Origin: a bacterium
GTDB taxonomy: Bacteria; UBA8248
Assembly: GCA_965204535.1 (NCBI GenBank)
Contig: CBDBEV010000001.1
Span: 544,001-608,000, forward strand
Direction of reading: 5' to 3'
Length of the DNA stretch: 64,000 nucleotides
Part shown: positions 1-9,500 of the stretch, one piece after another
How positions within the stretch are numbered: the first letter of the stretch is position 1
How the letters are laid out: each line of letters opens with the position of its first letter
The notes under the pieces: model-generated
Database searches by the model: none
The model's input: only the letters and a program-made list of their open reading frames with translations
Told to the model about the DNA's origin: nothing
Made by a program: the position numbers and the translations under genes

Positions 1-1706
1 TAGGCGCGTTGATGACGCTCAAGACTGGTGGCGAGATTAACTTTAAACCACGTCTAATTGAAGGTGCTCCACCCCAAGCTCAATCGACAACACCCGAGGC
101 GCTGCTTCTTGATGGACAACAACGTATCACGTCACTGTTTCAAACGACAATTAGTCAATCTGTTGTCGAAACGGTTAATGCAAAAAAGAAAGAAATCAGA
201 CGTTGGTATTATATTGATATGGAGAAGGCCCTTGATGAGGATAGAAATCGCGAGGAGGCAATTATCGGTTTGCCGGATGATAAACGCCTGACCAGCAATT
301 TTAAACGAGAAATACATCTCGACTTGTCAACACCTGAATTTGAATATGAACAATTGATGTTTCCAGTAAATCGAATATTTGATGATCGCGACTGGCAGTA
401 TGGATTTGAAGACTATTGGCGCGAGCGTGGTGATGATAGTAAGCGTGATCTCTATCGGAAATTCTATGAAAAAATTATTCGTGCATTCGATCACTACCAA
501 CTACCTGTGATCATCCTTGATAAGGGAACACCTAAACAAGCGGTCTGTCTGGTCTTCGAAAAGGTAAACACCGGGGGGAAGAAACTTGATGCTTTCGAGC
601 TTCTGACTGCAATCTATGCCGCAGATGAATTTGAGCTACGAAAAGACTGGTATGGTGATCCAAAAACTGGTGATGAGGGCCGTCTACACCGTTTACGAAA
701 GCGCCACCCGCTAGAAGAAATTGCTAGTACGGACTTTTTGCAGGCACTAGCGCTACTTAGCACTCGTGACCGGCGACGTTTGGCTGACCAGGCAGGCAAA
801 ACGGGAAGAGATTTGCCACCCATCTCATGCACACGTTCTGCAATTCTTGACCTTCCTCTCAGTGACTATAAGCATTACGCAGATCAAGTCGAGCTTGGTT
901 TTGATCTCGCCGCTCGTTTCCTCGGAACTCAAAAGATATACCGAGTCAAAGATGTCCCCTATAAAACGCAGATAGTACCCCTCGCCGCTATCCTTTCGGA
1001 GCTCGGTGATCTCTGGGATCAAGAAACAGTAAAAGCTAAAATCCGACAATGGTTCTGGTGTGGCATCTTTGGAGAGCTTTATAGTTCTGCAGTAGAGACC
1101 CGGTTCGCCAATGACTTTGTGGAGGTCCGCGCTTGGATTGATGGGGGTCCAGAACCTGAGACAGTCAAGGAAGCGAGTTTTTTACCCGACCGCCTTGACA
1201 CAATGCGCACACGTCTATCCGCAGCTTACAAGGGCGTTCACGCTCTATTGATGAGCAAAGGAGCGCGAGATTTTCGATCTGGTCAAACAATCGACGACAC
1301 AGTCTTCTTTGATGAGCGAGTCGATATACACCATATTTTTTCACAGAAGTGGTGCGAGGGCAAAGTTGACGCAAAAATCTACAATTCGGTTGTGAACAAG
1401 ACTCCGCTGACGCGTAAGACGAATCAGATTATAGGGGGTGACGCGCCCTCAAAATATCTCTCAAAACTCGTTGCTAAAGATTCGATTGATGACACAACCC
1501 TCGAAGAATGCCTTGAATCTCACTTGATTGATCCTTTGCTCTTGCGAAGTGATAATTTCGACCAATTTTATAGTACCCGTAAGAAAGAGCTTTCCGAACT
1601 AATTTGCGAAGCAATGGGCAAGTCTGCTGACGAAGATGTGGGCTTAGATGAAGATGAAGGGGATGAAGTCTTGGAACCTGAAGATGTGTTGGAAACCACG
1701 GTATAA
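1..1706 (+). CDS. GmrSD-like type IV restriction endonuclease (DUF262 + DUF1524/HNH), N-terminus outside the window
   Basis: DUF262 motifs LLLDGQQR and VFEKVNTGG; C-terminal VDIHHIF...N...N HNH-like motif; frame open to the window edge; lower GC than the neighbouring gene. Confidence 0.8.
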   Translation, partial: GALMTLKTGGEINFKPRLIEGAPPQAQSTTPEALLLDGQQRITSLFQTTISQSVVETVNAKKKEIRRWYYIDMEKALDEDRNREEAIIGLPDDKRLTSNFKREIHLDLSTPEFEYEQLMFPVNRIFDDRDWQYGFEDYWRERGDDSKRDLYRKFYEKIIRAFDHYQLPVIILDKGTPKQAVCLVFEKVNTGGKKLDAFELLTAIYAADEFELRKDWYGDPKTGDEGRLHRLRKRHPLEEIASTDFLQALALLSTRDRRRLADQAGKTGRDLPPISCTRSAILDLPLSDYKHYADQVELGFDLAARFLGTQKIYRVKDVPYKTQIVPLAAILSELGDLWDQETVKAKIRQWFWCGIFGELYSSAVETRFANDFVEVRAWIDGGPEPETVKEASFLPDRLDTMRTRLSAAYKGVHALLMSKGARDFRSGQTIDDTVFFDERVDIHHIFSQKWCEGKVDAKIYNSVVNKTPLTRKTNQIIGGDAPSKYLSKLVAKDSIDDTTLEECLESHLIDPLLLRSDNFDQFYSTRKKELSELICEAMGKSADEDVGLDEDEGDEVLEPEDVLETTV

Positions 1707-1717
1707 GGAGAACAACC

Positions 1718-2509
1718 TTGCCGAAAGCGCGCGTGAACGGTATCGACATCCACTACATCGAACGAGGCGAAGGAACGCCGCTGCTTGCGGTGCACGGGTT
1801 CCAGAACTCGCACTTCAGTTTTACCCCTCTCTTCGACTGGCTCTCGGCGCGCTTCCATGTCTACGCGCTCGATTTGCGCGGCCACGGCGATTCGGACAAG
1901 CCGCGCGGCCCCTACACCATCCAGACCTTCGCGGACGACGTCGTGGGCTTTCTGGACGCGCTCGGCATCGAGCGGGCGGATTATCTTGGCCACAGCATGG
2001 GCGGGCGCACGGGCACCATGGTGGGTATTCAGCACTCAAATCGCCTGAGCCGCCTCATGCTCTCGGCCTCATCCGCAGGCCCGCCCTCGGGCGCGTACCG
2101 TCAGATGTTCGAGGAGCACTTGAAGGTGGCTGAAGTAGAAGGCATGGAAGTGCTGCACGAATTCAAGCTGCACCGCGACGAAGTCCCCGAAGGCCTGCGC
2201 GAAGGCCCCTTGGCGGCCGAGTACAGGCAGAATTTCCTCAAGAACACGCCGCAGACGTTCGCCGATACCGCGCACGCGCTGTTCACGATGCCGGTTTTAA
2301 GGGACGAGCTCCACAGAATCTCCGTCCCCACCTGGGTGTGCCACGGGGAGAACGACGCGGGTCCCATCGATTTTAGCGAGGTGTACGCGAAGCACGTGCC
2401 CGATTGCACGACTTCCATCATCCCCGATGCGGGCCACAGTTCCTTCTGGGATCAGCCGGGAGCCTTCATCGCGGAGATGGAGAAGTTTCTTAAGAAAAAC
2501 CCCCTCTGA
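1718..2509 (+). CDS. Alpha/beta fold hydrolase
   Basis: VHGF oxyanion region, DLRGHG, GHSMGG nucleophile elbow, GEND, AGH catalytic His; AAGGAG RBS before TTG. Confidence 0.9.
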   Translation: MPKARVNGIDIHYIERGEGTPLLAVHGFQNSHFSFTPLFDWLSARFHVYALDLRGHGDSDKPRGPYTIQTFADDVVGFLDALGIERADYLGHSMGGRTGTMVGIQHSNRLSRLMLSASSAGPPSGAYRQMFEEHLKVAEVEGMEVLHEFKLHRDEVPEGLREGPLAAEYRQNFLKNTPQTFADTAHALFTMPVLRDELHRISVPTWVCHGENDAGPIDFSEVYAKHVPDCTTSIIPDAGHSSFWDQPGAFIAEMEKFLKKNPL

Positions 2510-2610
2510 TTCGTCTTTTTGGAGGGCTGTTGAAAAAGCCCCCCTCCTCAGAGGATAAAGGCAACCCCCCCTACCCCCCCTTTTGATATACGGTATCGCA
2601 TTCATTGCCT

Positions 2611-2749
2611 GTGATTTCGATGCAACTTATTGATATTATACTTGTTATCTATTTTATTCAACATCGAGCAAAATCTGTTAGTCGTTGCTTGTAATCAAAC
2701 CGAAAGCGGATTGATTCCAACACCCGCGCATCCATTCGAGCGAACGTCC
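2611..2749 (+). repeat. Conserved non-coding element, copy 1 (IS66 target)
   Basis: 2691-2730 GTAATCAAACCGAAAGCGGATTGATTCCAACACCCGCGCA is 34/40 identical to 48721-48760; IHF-consensus CAACTTATTGATA at 2623-2635. Confidence 0.8.
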
Positions 2750-2818
2750 GTAAGCGTTCGGGCGGGCCGTGATGGTAGTGCCTTGAAGCAGTAGTTCGGG
2801 CCGGGATGGGGGATGATT

Positions 2819-3691
2819 TTACCGGTTGAGGACTTGCTTCCAGTTTCTGCGCAAGGGTCGTAGCCAGATGTCCTTTTTCGGTTGGGCTCGTTTCGTGTAC
2901 CTGTCGTAGCGTCCACGCCCCTGGGTCATACCGACGTGGACCCACCCCGAAGCCCTGTAGACGGCGCCGGTGTAGCGCGGCGTCTCGACGAAGGTCTCGA
3001 CGAGGACGGGGGTCGTGCCATAGCGCTCGGTCCAGTCTTCGGGCAGGCGCCTGCGGATGATGGCGAGGAGATGGGAACCGAGGTTGGGGATCCTGATCCA
3101 GGGCAGGATGAGGAACCTCGGGTTGTCGACCACGAGGGGGAGGTTCTTCTCGCGCAACTGCGGCGTCCAGCCGATGAAGGCGTCGCGCGGGGCGAGCTTC
3201 CACGCGGCGGTGGAGAAGCCGAGCATGGCGAGGGGCCTGCCGTCGCGGTCGTGGACGGCGTAGCGCATCTGGGCGCCGACGAGGGTCTTGTAACCGAGGT
3301 AGTGGTAGCGGGCGACGAACTCGTTCCAGAGCCTGCCCTCGCGGGTTCCGCGCACGGCGACGCGCATATCGAGGGGGCGGACCTCATCGAGGGTCTCAGG
3401 CGCCGGGATGAGGGGAGGTTCGGTGTCGGGTCCGAAGACGACCGGGCCGGGCCGGTTCTGCCGCCACTTCGGAGGCGGCAGCGTGATCAGGCCGTCCTTG
3501 TGCATGGCGAGCATGGTCACCCGGGCCATCATGTCCTTGAGCCCGCCGTCGGGCTTGTACCAGCCGATGCGGCGGCAGAACTCCTTCGACAGCGCGTGGC
3601 GGTTGAGCGCAGGAGGACCTGCGATCAGCGCGCGCAGCAGCGCCATCTCTTCTGTCGTGAAGTCGCGTCCGTAGTAGCGGCACCCGGTCAC
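2819..3691 (-). CDS. DUF4338 (DruA-like) domain protein with N-terminal HTH-like region, inside IS66
   Basis: YHYLGYK..G..MRY, LGFS.AAWKLAPRD.FIGW, NPRFLILPW..IPNLGSH, LVETFVE, G..YRASGW motifs; GTG start at 3691 gives 290 aa, matching copies 2 and 3. Confidence 0.85.
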   Translation of the reverse strand: MTGCRYYGRDFTTEEMALLRALIAGPPALNRHALSKEFCRRIGWYKPDGGLKDMMARVTMLAMHKDGLITLPPPKWRQNRPGPVVFGPDTEPPLIPAPETLDEVRPLDMRVAVRGTREGRLWNEFVARYHYLGYKTLVGAQMRYAVHDRDGRPLAMLGFSTAAWKLAPRDAFIGWTPQLREKNLPLVVDNPRFLILPWIRIPNLGSHLLAIIRRRLPEDWTERYGTTPVLVETFVETPRYTGAVYRASGWVHVGMTQGRGRYDRYTKRAQPKKDIWLRPLRRNWKQVLNR

Positions 3692-3695
3692 GGCG

Positions 3696-6050
3696 TCATC
3701 CCGGCGCCGTGAGGGCGCGCCTGCGCTCCTCATTCATCGACCAGGGCAACCACGCGGAGAGGTCCCCGGGCGGGCGGCCGCCGCCCTCCGCGCAGGCGGT
3801 GAGCCATGCCTCCAGCCAGCGGAGAGTGTCGATGCCGTTTAACGAGAGCGTGCCGAGGACCGTATACATCATCGCCGTGAACCCGGCGCCGGCCTCGCTG
3901 TCGGAGCCGAACGAGAGCCGCCTGCCGATCACGGGGCCCCTGAGCACTCTCTCCGCAAAATTATTATCCATCGGTACCGAGGGGCGTTCGACGAAGACGC
4001 TCAGCCCCTCGCGGTGGTTCAGCAGCGAGCGAAGCGCCTTGCCCTCGCGCGCCTGTGCCGGCAGGGCCGTCAGTTCCCGTGTAGCTTGCGCGAACAGGCT
4101 CTCGAGGGCCTTCTTGAGCGCGTCATGCGCCGCTTCGAACGCCGCGTCCTGTCGTTGGGCCCCCGGGTCGTAACGGGCCAGGCGCGCCTCGTTCAGGCGG
4201 TAGAGCAAGGCAATCCGCTCGATCCATCTCTCGCACCACGGCGTCAGCCGCTCCTCGCCGGCGGCGCAGTGGATATAATCGCGCCGGACGTGAGACCAGC
4301 ACCATGCGAGAGTCACCAGACCCCCGGGAATGCGCGCCAGCTTCTTGTAGGCATTGTAGCGGTCGCAGACGAGGACCGTATGGGAGCCGGACGCGCCGAA
4401 GAGCTTCATCGCGACCTCAGCACTCCGCGAGGGGTCGACGTGGAAGTAGACGGAGTCTGCGCTTACCGAGGTCCATAGCCAGGCGCGGCTCGAGCGGCCC
4501 TCCTCGCGAAGCGACTGAACGCGCCACGTCGTCTCGTCCCCGTGACGCACCGCCGCTTCGTTCTGGCGGTCGAGGATCGCCGCAGCCGGCGGCTCGAAGA
4601 GCGGCGTGAAGCGGTGCGTGCTGTCGCCCAGTGTGCCTGCCGAGACCGGAAGCCCCTGGTCGGAGAGCCATTCGGCGACCCGGCGCAGCGGGCGGAAGCA
4701 GGCGTAGCGCTCGAACAGGAAGCGCGCCCACACGCTCGTCCCGTAAGGCGTGCCCGCGAACAGGCGCGGCGCAGGCGGCGCCGACACTTCCACCGGAGAC
4801 GACGCGCACTCGCATCTCCTGCGCCATCTCGGACGGCGGATGACGCGCTTGTAGGCCGAGACTTCAATCTCGAAGATGGAGGAGACCTCGGCGCCATTGA
4901 CCACGTAGGGCTTCCCGCAACCGGCGCAGACGCGCGCACCGGCCGGCGGGTTGCGAACTTCGGTCCTCTCATCGAGCGCGGGACGCGAGGTGCGGCCATG
5001 GCCCCGGGCGCCGGGCTGACGACCGCGCCTGCGCTCAGAGCGCGGCCTCTCCTGCCGTTCGCTCTTGCGCCCGAACAGTCTTCTCGCCAGCACCGCTCCG
5101 GTGGCGCGAAGCTTCGCGAGCTCGGCCTCCAGCCGCGCCCGGCGAGCCTCCGACTTGCGGAGCGCCCTGCGAAGACGCCCGTTCTCCCTCGACAGCGACC
5201 TGAGCGCCGTCTTCTGGCGCCGCGACCTCCCCAGGGCCTTGCGCAGTTCCTCATCTGCACGAGACGGCGACTTCGAGCGCGCCGCCTCGAGAGCGCGCAG
5301 CAACCGCGCCTTCAGCCGTTCGGTCGCAATACCTGCGGCCCCCAGGGAGACTTCAAGACGGTAGACCTCCGCAGACAGCGACTCGACCACCTCCGCCTGG
5401 TCGCGCAATCGCCTCAACTTCCTGTAGAGCCCGATGGCCTCCTCGTCCAGGCTCCGAATGGTCTCCTTGTCGGTCGCCGACTTCTGCTTCTCCAGGGCCA
5501 GACGATCTTCGAGCCGGGCAACTTCCTTCTCCCGCCGGCCGACCTCCTTGCGCAGGGCATGAATCGTCTCCTTGCGCTCCTCCAGGGCCTTGCGCAGCCG
5601 CCCCGCCTCCCCCGGCGACGGCACGCCCGAGAGCTCCTTGCGAAGCCGGACGACCTCCATGCGCAGCGACATGAGCGGGCTGCGCTTGCGCGGATCGACC
5701 CCCGCCTCCGCAAGCAGCTTCTCCAGCCGCGCCACTTCCGCCTTGAGCGACAGCGCGTCCTTCGCCGCGCGGCGGGCTTCCTTCGCCTCCCCGGCGGCCG
5801 CCTCGAGCTTCTTCCGGCTGGCGTCGAGATGCCGCTTCAGCTTGCCCGCACGGGAGCGGGAATCCACTTCCGCCCAACGCAACTCCTCGCAGCGCGCCTC
5901 CGCCGCCTCCGCGCGCGCACGCTCGCGCTCGTACAGCGAACGCCAGTACGCCTCTGCGGTTGTGGACAACCCGGGGGAATGAGGCCATGGCTCATCCGGC
6001 CTCTCGGCCAACGCCAACTCCGTCTCGACAGCTTCTGCGCGAATCTTCAT
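3696..6050 (-). CDS. tnpC: IS66 transposase (TnpC) with ~320-aa N-terminal coiled-coil extension
   Basis: LFGRKSER, G.QPG..GH, CxxC zinc finger, HGDETTW, CDRY, CWSHVRR, PMDNN.AER.LR motifs. Confidence 0.92.
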   Translation of the reverse strand: MKIRAEAVETELALAERPDEPWPHSPGLSTTAEAYWRSLYERERARAEAAEARCEELRWAEVDSRSRAGKLKRHLDASRKKLEAAAGEAKEARRAAKDALSLKAEVARLEKLLAEAGVDPRKRSPLMSLRMEVVRLRKELSGVPSPGEAGRLRKALEERKETIHALRKEVGRREKEVARLEDRLALEKQKSATDKETIRSLDEEAIGLYRKLRRLRDQAEVVESLSAEVYRLEVSLGAAGIATERLKARLLRALEAARSKSPSRADEELRKALGRSRRQKTALRSLSRENGRLRRALRKSEARRARLEAELAKLRATGAVLARRLFGRKSERQERPRSERRRGRQPGARGHGRTSRPALDERTEVRNPPAGARVCAGCGKPYVVNGAEVSSIFEIEVSAYKRVIRRPRWRRRCECASSPVEVSAPPAPRLFAGTPYGTSVWARFLFERYACFRPLRRVAEWLSDQGLPVSAGTLGDSTHRFTPLFEPPAAAILDRQNEAAVRHGDETTWRVQSLREEGRSSRAWLWTSVSADSVYFHVDPSRSAEVAMKLFGASGSHTVLVCDRYNAYKKLARIPGGLVTLAWCWSHVRRDYIHCAAGEERLTPWCERWIERIALLYRLNEARLARYDPGAQRQDAAFEAAHDALKKALESLFAQATRELTALPAQAREGKALRSLLNHREGLSVFVERPSVPMDNNFAERVLRGPVIGRRLSFGSDSEAGAGFTAMMYTVLGTLSLNGIDTLRWLEAWLTACAEGGGRPPGDLSAWLPWSMNEERRRALTAPG

Positions 6051-6472
6051 GCCGACATCATTAGCACATGTCGAATCGCGTTACCAGTCGCCCGGGAAAA
6101 TTCTATCCGATGGAGGCGATGCGCCCGGCGCCGGGTCCATCACGGCCCGCCCGAACGCTTACGAACGTCCTGGAAGCGACGGCCGGGTAGGCGGGGGCAT
6201 TGCTGCGCACCGCCTACCCGGCCTAACGACGTAACGATTCGGTGGCAGGGTGACGGCCGCGCTGAAACCGGCGGCTGCATGAAGTATTGTCCGAAAGGAG
6301 TCAGACCTGTGCCCTCACCACTTCGGCAGTGGCAGGTGATTCAGGCGGTTCCGGTGAATCAGCAGCATTCTCGCTGACCGTGGGGGACATCGGCCCGCGT
6401 CGTTGACACTCACTCAGGAGAGCTGCGGTCCGCGCCGGCACCGGAGATCGCTTCAGGCAACACCGTGAACCC

Positions 6473-6496
6473 GGCGCCTTGACTTCACAAGGCGCC
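6473..6496. terminator. GC-rich hairpin downstream of the adhesin stop; possible terminator
   Basis: GGCGCCTTG-acttca-CAAGGCGCC, 9-bp stem; no clear U-tract. Confidence 0.35.
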
Positions 6497-6584
6497 AGGT
6501 CCCGTTGAAAAAGTCCGCATCACGGGGATCGATCCGGCGAACGGGGTTTTCCACTCCACGGCCTGCGCTACCCCCGGTCCGCTA

Positions 6585-9500
6585 CTACCACCGCTTCGAG
6601 CCGCGCAGCAGGAGGCCGCCTTCGGGTCTCCCGCCGCCGGCCTGTTCGGTGAGGCTCGCCTCGAGGCTCACCTCCGTGGCCGCCCCGGGCTTCCAGCGCG
6701 CGCCCGCGCGCCAGGTCTCCGCGTTCCCCGAGACCGCCACGCCCGTATAGGGCGTCAGCAGCCCCCGGGGGGCGTCCAGGCCCCAGGCCGCCTCGGCCTC
6801 GAAGCCCGCGGCGCCCGGCTCGAACGCACCGGCAGGCGCCAGGCCCGCCGCCTGCGACCAGAGCCGCTCCGCACCGCCGGCGGAGGCGCCCCAGGACGAG
6901 CCCGCCCGGAGCGAGAGCCCGCGCCCGTCCGAACCCGGCGCGTACCCCACCGAGGCGCTCACGCCCCATTCCTCATAACCGCCCTCGTTGTGGGCGATGA
7001 GGCCGCGCGCTCTCACCTCCGCCGTCAGGGCGCCCGAGGACCAGCGCAGGCCGCCGCCCGCCTCGACGCCCCCGCCCGTCTCCGCGTCGCCCGAATCGTT
7101 CCGGAACCCTATCTCCAGCGAGGGCGTCAGCACCGCATCGCCGAACTTGTACGAGCGCGAACCCTCGAGGGCGAGCCGCACCCGGCTCGTCCCCGCTTCG
7201 GTCTCCGCCAGGCCCGCCGCGGCGTCCGAGCGCGTGTCCGTCACGAGGACGTCCGCGCGGAGGGCGAGCTCGAACCCGCCCGGCCCGCGCGCGGGCAGGA
7301 GGACGCCGCGCGCGCCCCCCGCCGCCATTCCCATCTCGACGTCGGCGTCCATCGACTCAGCCCCCTCGGGCGTGAGCGTCATCCCGCCCGAGCCCAGGCC
7401 CACCACGCCCCAGAGCGAGAACGACCCGCTCACACGGTAGCGCGCGTAGGGGTAGACGCCCGTGAGCGCGCTCTCCACCTCGCCCGCGCCGCCCGCGCCG
7501 TCCGCCCTGTACGAGCCGTCGCCCGAACTCCGCGCGAGCGCCACGCCCACCAGCCAGCGCGCCCGCTCGTAGTCCGCGCCCAGCGCCGCCGTCGTCACGT
7601 CGCCCTCGAGCGTGAGGACGCCCTCCTTGCCGCTGAACGAGGAGCGCGCCCCGCGGCCCCACACCGACCAGCGCCCCGGGGAGGCGCCCGCGTCACCCGC
7701 CGAGGCCATGTGAAACGAACTGCCCAGGAGGAGTTCGCTCATCGAGACCTCGCGCACCGTGAGCGGCGCGTCTTCCCCTCGCTCGAGCCGGGCGCCGGCC
7801 TCGCGCCGGTAGCGTTCCGCCAGGCGCGCGAGGAGCGCCTCGCGGCCGGCGGAGCCGTCCAGGCCCAGTTCCTGCCCGCCCAGCACCATCCCCGCCGCCC
7901 CGGCGCCGCCCTCGATGCGCGCGCTCACCGCTTCCACCACGTTCTCCGCCGCCGTCCGCCCGAAGCGCGCGAGCCACGCCCCCGGCATCGGGTCGTCGTT
8001 CGCGATCACCCCCTTCGCCTCGCGGTGCATCGCGCGCAGGAACGCCCCCTGCGGGTTCGAGAGCTTGAGCACGAACGTCTCCCTGCCCTCGTCGACCGCG
8101 TCGTCGAGCAGCGCCACCGGGACCGTCTTCGCCGTCTCGCCCGCCGCGAAGACGAGCGTGCCCGACGCGGCCGTGTAGTCCGCCCCCGCCGCCGCCGTGC
8201 CGTCGGCCGTCGCGTAGTCCACCGAGACCTCGTGCGACGCCGCGCGGTTCAGCGTCACCGCGAAGTCGAGCGAGGCGTCCTTGCCTTCCTTCGCCCGGGC
8301 GTCCTCGACCCGGACCCGCACCGGGCCGCCGATCTTCGCGACCGGCGCGTTCGCGAGCGCCCGCCCGCCGGACGCGCACACCGCGCCGGCTTCGGCGCAG
8401 CCGCGGCCGTCCGCCAGCGTCACCGTCACGTCGCGCCACGCATCGGGTTTCACCTTCACCCGCCACAGGCCCGCCTCGACCCGCTCCACCTTCCGCGCCT
8501 GGCCGGCGCGCACCTTGAACGACGCCGGGGACGGCGCCACCGCGCCCCCGCCCAGCGCCTCGCTGAAGCGCACGCTCAGCCAGAACGCCGCCTCACCGTC
8601 ATGTTCGGCCGGGACCCCCTCGAACGCCGCCGTCAGCGGCGGACCCGCGCGCGCCACCGTCACCGCGTAAGTCCTCACCGTCCCGTCGGCCGCCGTGACC
8701 TCCACCGCGAGCGCGTTGTCGCCCACCGCGAGCGCGATCGCGCCGCTCGACCCGCCGCCCGCCACCGCGGACAGGTCCGTCCCCTTGCCGGCCTTCACCG
8801 CCGCGCCCGCGTCGTTCGCCGTCGGCGTCAGCCTGGCGTGGGTCGCGCCGTACGCCACCCGCGCGGTGTAGCTCGTGGTCGCCGGCGAGAACGCCGGGCT
8901 CAGCGCGAGCGCGCCGTCGAACGACGCGCCGTCGCCGCTCGTGCTCCCGGTCAAGGCGCGCAAGCTCGCGTCGGAGGACGCCTGCTGCTGCTGCGCCCCG
9001 TCGTCGGTAATCGTCACCTCCACCGAGGACGTGGCGCCCGCGCTCAGCCCCGAAGGCAGGCTCCCCAGCGCCACCGTGAACGTCTCGTCGTCCCCGTCCT
9101 CGTCGTCGTTCGTCGGGATCGCGCCCGTGGCCGACGTGAAGCCGGCGGGCAACGCGATCGACGCGAGCGTCCCGTGGTCCCCGTCCTCCGACGTGCCCCG
9201 GGTCACGGTGAGCGGGATCGTCACGTCCGCCGCCAGCGCCTTCGCCAGCACCGCCGTCACCGTGACCGGGGAGCCCTCCGCCACCGGGTTCGGGGCGGCC
9301 GACAGCGAGACCGCGACCGCGGCCGGCGCCCCGGTCACGTCGATGCGGTAGGTCTTCCGGCCGCTCGAACCGACCGCCATCACCCACAGCTCGGTCGTGC
9401 CGCCGTCCGGCGCGAGCGCCAGCGCGACGGCCGTGCCCGACGGCCGCACCCGCGCCGGGCGCGTGAACGTCGTCGCGCCCCAGCGCGAGCCCGCGAACAC

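Larger units (their letters stand above)
2750..6162 (-). mobile_element. IS66-family element (ISBst12-like, no tnpA/tnpB) carrying a DUF4338 gene, copy 1, 3413 bp
   Basis: Perfect 26-bp IRs GTAAGCGTTCGGGCGGGCCGTGATGG (2750-2775 / 6137-6162); 8-bp TSD GAACGTCC (2742-2749, 6163-6170). GTAA ends and 8-bp TSD are IS66 hallmarks. Confidence 0.95.

Noticed and set aside
2535-2584. REP-like/terminator C-rich tract after the hydrolase
   Set aside because: No convincing stem; similarity to 48483-48550 is only low-complexity C runs.
2695-2749. Conserved target motif as the 3' end of a protein gene (CAGVGINPLSV / CAGVVIHPLPI)
   Set aside because: No conserved upstream reading frame in the reconstructed empty sites, and similarity continues well past the stop into AT-rich DNA.
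2819-3691. Druantia anti-phage system
   Set aside because: Only a DUF4338 gene, enclosed by IS66 IRs; no DruE helicase or DruB-D neighbours.
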